64,000 nucleotides of DNA from Mayamaea pseudoterrestris (Eukaryota): NCBI GenBank assembly GCA_027923505.1, contig BROI01000013.1, positions 682,001 to 746,000 of the forward strand, read 5' to 3'. The notes beneath the pieces were generated by a model. The model searched no databases. It had not been told where the DNA came from and saw nothing but the letters and a program-made list of their open reading frames with translations. Shown piece after piece: positions 59,101-64,000 of this stretch (position 1 is the first letter of the stretch; the number at the start of each line of letters is the position of its first letter). A program made the position numbers and the translations under genes.

Positions 59101-59908
59101 CAAGCGCGCTCGCGGAAAGAAGCGCATGACACTCTTTTTTACTGACCTTGACACGGCGCTCGGCAAGGCCGAGGATTTGCTTATCCAATATGAAATGGTA
59201 GTTACAACAACGTCGGATCGATTCAGATCTAGTGCCAGCGGATTTGGGCATGCTCTACGCCAGATTGATGAACTTCTCGATGACGACTTTACCGACGATC
59301 TTCGCGCACTGCAGCAATACGTCGTACCACTTGAACTGCAGCCTGGCGAACGCCTGTTTGAAAGTGATGGAGGTGTCGTACACGATCGATCTCGCGGCCT
59401 GTTCTTCATTGAATCTGGTCTGTTGAAGATTGAACGAGACTCAGGACGTTCACTGACGCATACACGAACATTTAGTCGCCACAACAGCCAGCAGAATTTC
59501 ACACTCAAGCGGGAGCATGCCAGAACTGGCTCGGTCGCTGTCAAAGCTTCTCTAGCCATTGCGAAGGGAATGATTGGTGGCGGCTCGGGCCAGCAAACCT
59601 TGCGCCTCGCACGCATTGGTCCAGGCTGGGTCTGTGGAACGTATGAGCATGCTTCTGGTCTCATGCCAAGCGGCATTACTGTTGCCATTACCAAGTGCCG
59701 TCTCCACCACTTGCCTTTTGACACGCTGGAACAAATTGAAACGGAAAATCCAGCGCTTGTGTTGAAGCTTTACAAGATGCTATCGTTGCTCATGGCCCGC
59801 CGTCAAGAGATAACGATTGAACACCTTTCGACCCTGCACAACATTATGAGCTCGCCCGCTCATTCCAAACCACTGAGTCGGGTGACATTGCAGGCACTAA
59901 AACGATGA
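56150..59908 (+). CDS. SulP/SLC26 anion transporter with STAS and cyclic-nucleotide-binding domains (Vsb1/YGR125W-like architecture)
   Basis: YLPYSVLCGFFSAVG (SulP), many TMs, STAS LQNYLFFGNA..IDLSLITGMDTS and cNMP-like GLFFIESGLLK..IGPGWVCG. Introns 56844-56969 and 58756-58827. Confidence 0.9.
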
Positions 59909-59983
59909 AGGATAGTTGTGCAAACATGTAGGTACTATAATTGTTGCAATGGGATGTTAAAACAAAACTCGCTAAACTTGTTT

Positions 59984-61297
59984 CTAGTTATTATATTCAA
60001 ACCGCACTTTATCACTTTTCATTTGTTCGTTGCGCTCCATCAACTGCTTCGCCGTTGCTTCGCAAATGTTCACGCCAATTAATACGCCGCCGTCGTAGCT
60101 CGCCCGCAAATTTTCCTGCAGCAGCACCTGCAGCTGCTCAAACGACTCGACCAGTTCGCCTTCCACGTGCGTCACCAAATCGCCCTTGCGGAGACCAACG
60201 TGTCCGGCCAAGCCGCGAACAACCTTTAGTTCCAGTGTATGCTGATTGTTCGACTTGTGTTTGACAAAATGCTTGGGGTTTTGCAAGCAGTCGGCCGACG
60301 ATTGCAGCATGAGGCGCACGCAGCGAGGCATGTGTTTCGGTAGTGGATAGCGCTTGCGCATTTGGTCCAAATTCTTGTACTGGCGCTGCTTTTGCGAAAT
60401 GGTGGTGACGGGGCGATGGTTGGTGGTGTTGGAAGCTGTCGATTGAGGAAGCCTCGTCACTTGCAGCATGCCCTGCAGTATCAAGCAGGCTTGATGAATC
60501 TTGCTCAGGTCGTTGCTCACCAGCAGTTGCGAGCAAAAGTCTTGCTCATCCAGTGTCAATAGTTCGTCCAAGCCGCAAAAGAGGGTTGGATCCGTCAGTG
60601 GGCGCCGCATGTGACTCGAGGATGGACTAATCGCAAAGTCGTGCACCGTTTCGTCGGAACTGCCTTGCAGAAACGGTTTCAGTGGTTCCAGCGTTTGCAG
60701 TAGAGTTGCAGTCGATGCGTGTACTTGCTGTTGCTTGACTGCTCCCAGAGACTGCTCGTACAATACGTAATTGTCGTAACATTCCGTCAAATGCGCCCAC
60801 GAGTATTGCTTGCAAAACAAGTCCTTTTTCGTCAAGTCGCTCGAGTTCCACGCGCTAACGTCCATAATGACGCTTGAGTTTCCGTTGGCTGTCATTTTTT
60901 GAGCAATCACGTGCGCCTGCCGCAAGATGAGCACCGACAAGACGACTTCGTGTCCAGTCAAGCGAGTCAGCGTCGTATTCTTCTTGCTGTCACCACCATT
61001 ACCATTATCACTCATCAACACATGATACTTGTTGCGACACATGGGACACTGCAGTTTCGTCTTGAGTTGCCGCGACCCATCCGACGCCGTTTGGTAGTCG
61101 TCCTTGGCGCTCGCGTGCAGGCCTTGCAAACAGCAGCCACACATACATGCGTGACAGTCGGCCGTGACACATGGTAGTAAAATGGCAAGGTCGCTCGCGG
61201 ATAGAGTTTCGCCGCAGACAATGCAGTCGTGACTCGTCATGATTGACTTCTTGTTGCTACTGTTGCAGCCAAATAGCTTGGCCAGTGCAACTTTCAT
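59984..61297 (-). CDS. RING-like zinc finger plus C-terminal PDZ-like domain protein
   Basis: CIVCGE..PC..CHACMCGCCL..CPMCR and GLAGHVGLRKGDLVTHVEG (PDZ-like). Confidence 0.7.
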   Translation of the reverse strand: MKVALAKLFGCNSSNKKSIMTSHDCIVCGETLSASDLAILLPCVTADCHACMCGCCLQGLHASAKDDYQTASDGSRQLKTKLQCPMCRNKYHVLMSDNGNGGDSKKNTTLTRLTGHEVVLSVLILRQAHVIAQKMTANGNSSVIMDVSAWNSSDLTKKDLFCKQYSWAHLTECYDNYVLYEQSLGAVKQQQVHASTATLLQTLEPLKPFLQGSSDETVHDFAISPSSSHMRRPLTDPTLFCGLDELLTLDEQDFCSQLLVSNDLSKIHQACLILQGMLQVTRLPQSTASNTTNHRPVTTISQKQRQYKNLDQMRKRYPLPKHMPRCVRLMLQSSADCLQNPKHFVKHKSNNQHTLELKVVRGLAGHVGLRKGDLVTHVEGELVESFEQLQVLLQENLRASYDGGVLIGVNICEATAKQLMERNEQMKSDKVRFEYNN

Positions 61298-61865
61298 ATA
61301 AAATGGAGCAACTTGATTGCGGTAAATGTATACTGCAGTTAGCGTTGCAGCTGTAGAGGCAAGAGGCAGTCAATGGAAGCAAACACACCTGCAGTGAATC
61401 AAAAAAGCAGGAGAAAAGCTCCTTGCAACTATAATAATGCTGCGCCGATTTTAAACTTGACTGCTGAGAGCTTTACTGATTGCTGTATGGCTCGTCGGCA
61501 CGTGCGGCTGTCGCTGGCTCGCCTATTGGTTCCTTCGTGCAGAAGTATTCAAGTTATGTAGTGAGGCGCTTACAATCCTTTCGATAAGTAGTCTATATGA
61601 ATTGTATCGGCAGACGAGCAGTATATGAATGGCAGAGTGGACTCGATCGCTTTCGGTGCTCTCGTCGGCATGTGTTGCTTCGATTGCATCGGAAAAGCGA
61701 TTTTCAACGGCTCTACAGCGGGAGTGAAAGCGAATCATGATGAGTCATTTAGTAACGGTACGACCTCTGCTCAAAGATTTTCGCCCCCCTCGACATCCAC
61801 AAAACCAAAACACGAAAGTTGGATCTACTCATACTTTCCAGATCATATTTATAATACGAATCATC

Positions 61866-63196
61866 ATGTCTACGACATCAACTACCATTGACGACACTAA
61901 CAATAAATACGACCGCCAGCTCCGCCTGTGGGGCGCGGCGGGCCAGCGACGCCTCGGCGAAACGTGCGTGCTATTGGTGGGAGCGTCCGCGTGCGGCACG
62001 GAAGCCGTCAAGAATTTGGTTCTTCCAGGCGTCGGCAGCGTGTACATTTTGGATGACGTAATAGCGACGACAGCCGATCAGGCGAGCAACTTTTTTGTCG
62101 TGGTGAATGATGATAATGAGGAGCAGGAGCAGCAGAGAATGCAGGACGACACTGCTAGTGATGCAGCAGCAGCAGCGAATCAAGATGTCTCCATGACAGA
62201 CAGTAGTACTCACTTCAATTCACGCGCCCGCATTGCCATGCAACTACTCCAGGAACTGAATCCAGACGTTTGCGGATACTACCAGCACGTGGAAAGTCTC
62301 GATGCTTTCGACTATGCGAGTTTGTTGCGCAGTCTCCTGCAAACGCAGCAGCAGTCAATGCAGTCACTCACCGGAGCCACTAGAACGAACTATGCCATTG
62401 TCAATTCAATCAACAATCTGCTTGTCATTGCGAGCGACTTGCCTCCCTCTGTCGCTTTGTCGATTGCTCGCGCTTGTCACACCGTCCAAATACCACTATT
62501 GTCGCTGCAATCCTACGGCTTGGTTGGAGTCGTGCGCCTGCAGAGTCCGCCACTGGCGCTGCTGCATGGCGCGGCGGCGAATCAACAACAAGCGAGTGAC
62601 TTGCGACTGACGAATCCGTTTCATAAAATGATGCAACTGTATAAGAACATTGACTGGGACAGCTTGGACGACTATTCGCACCAGCATGTGCCGTATCCGC
62701 TGATACTGCTGCATGCACTGGAAACGTGGAGGAATAATAGCAAGACTACGCATGAAAGTGGAATTAGCAGCCATGCGAGTAGCTCGTCACTACCAAGTAC
62801 GCCGGACGAAAAGAAGGACTTTGTCGAAATCATCAAGCGCGCCAGTCGCAACTACGACAAGGAGCTCAACTACCAGCAGGCGGTGCAGTTTTGCCACTTT
62901 TGCTACGCTTCGGCCGCGACGCAAACAGAGCTGCCACATGAACACCTGCAGCAACTATTGGCAAAACTGCCAGCGACAAATGATGATGCAGGAGCAGCCG
63001 AATCGGTGAACAGCAGCAGCTGCAAGTTGCGTGTCATTGTGTTGGCGCTGCTCGAGTTTGGGAAGTTGCATTACAACCAGGCGCCGCTGCATGGCGGTAT
63101 TCCCGACATGGCTTCGTCCACCAGCATGTACGTGCAGCTTCAAAACGCTTACAGGGAGCAAGCGCAAGCTGATTTGCGAGAAGTGCGCCAAATTTT

Positions 63197-63233
<37 letters not shown>

Positions 63234-63845
63234 CAGCAGGAAGGTGGTGCAGCAATCATTGTTTCCGACGGAGAACTCGTTGCCGCCTGCCGCAACGTGC
63301 ACACGCTCGATTTGCTATCGCCCGGATCCATCTTCGACGAGTATGTGAGCACCAGCATTCCCAATTCAATTTTGCAAGGGTTGCTGGAGGCTGCCACGGA
63401 CGCGGCCGAGGATGACGAGCGACCCGACCAGTGTCCCTTGCTGTGGTACCTTGGAGTGCAGGCTTGTCGATTGTTTCACGATCAAGTGGGACGATACCCT
63501 GGAACGATTGGACTTGAAAATACTAACGACAATGACGACGGTAGCGGCAATGATCAAGCCTACTTGCAGGATGTGCCGCTGCTGCAGGAATGCTTGGCCA
63601 GCATGGTGGGGCGCTATCAATTAAGTGACAACAAGCTTGTGCAGGAAACACTTGTCGCTCGCAGTGTCGACTACGCCACGGAACTGACTCGCTGGGCCAA
63701 CGCCGAGCTTCACACCATTGCCAGTGTCGTTGGCGGCGTTGCCAGTCAGGAGGCGGTCAAGCTGATTACCGGCCAGTATGTTCCGATTGATGACTGCTAC
63801 GTTTACAATGGGATTGCCAGTGTCGCTGGCGTTTACAAGTTTTGA
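61866..63845 (+). CDS. NAE1: NEDD8-activating enzyme E1 regulatory subunit (APP-BP1/ULA1/AXR1)
   Basis: KYDRQLRLWGAAGQ, GTEAVKNLVLPGVG, ELNPDV, DLRLTNPF, HVPY, IPDMASST, ELHTIASVVGGVASQEAVKLITGQYVP. Confidence 0.95.
63198..63230 (+). repeat. (CAG)11 microsatellite encoding polyQ in NAE1
   Basis: Pure CAG run. Similar CAG/GCT runs occur at 13423-13443, 22510-22536 and 24600-24625. Confidence 0.9.
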
Positions 63846-64000
63846 ATGTTATTGAAACGTGGAGTACTATGGTTGCATGGCGTAAGAAGTAACTACTTTA
63901 CAGTTATGATAACATGGACCTGCTTGTAGCGAACCTGTGGCAAGCCATGGCGGTCGCCGCCTACGTTTGCGTTAGCTAACCGAGACTCGCCTTTTGCGGC

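Overview
Gene-dense nuclear DNA from a eukaryote, almost certainly a diatom and probably a raphid pennate. Evidence: short GT-AG introns, ASAFAP-type bipartite plastid targeting peptides, diatom-type LRR membrane proteins and expanded sulfotransferase-like families. About 26 protein genes are present. Recognisable ones are proteasome alpha-7, a DUF1769 protein, two type-II LRR membrane proteins (one giant), three sulfotransferase-like proteins, polyprenol reductase, a GPR1/FUN34/SatP transporter directly downstream of a P3A H+-ATPase, a 3-repeat MYB, an SSSP/ThiV-like thiamine(-precursor) symporter, a head-to-head plastid FabB/FabH pair, a SulP-STAS-cNMP transporter, a RING+PDZ protein and NAE1. 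No tRNA, rRNA, CRISPR or intact transposon was recognised. Best leads: (1) an intact intronless orphan ORF (2629-3759) resembling, from memory and unverified, the coat-protein-like family of fungal virga/tobamo-like RNA viruses, i.e. a candidate endogenous viral element; (2) a ~2,630-aa LRR membrane protein whose inferred cytosolic part carries five Ena/VASP-like F-actin-binding-type motifs, a candidate actin-to-surface linker; (3) a structured 3' UTR with degenerate TPP-aptamer-like elements behind the thiamine transporter; (4) functionally paired neighbours (H+-pump with SatP; FabB with FabH around a TGACGT palindrome); (5) frame disruptions confined to lineage-specific genes. All family assignments come from motif recognition by eye, not database searches.
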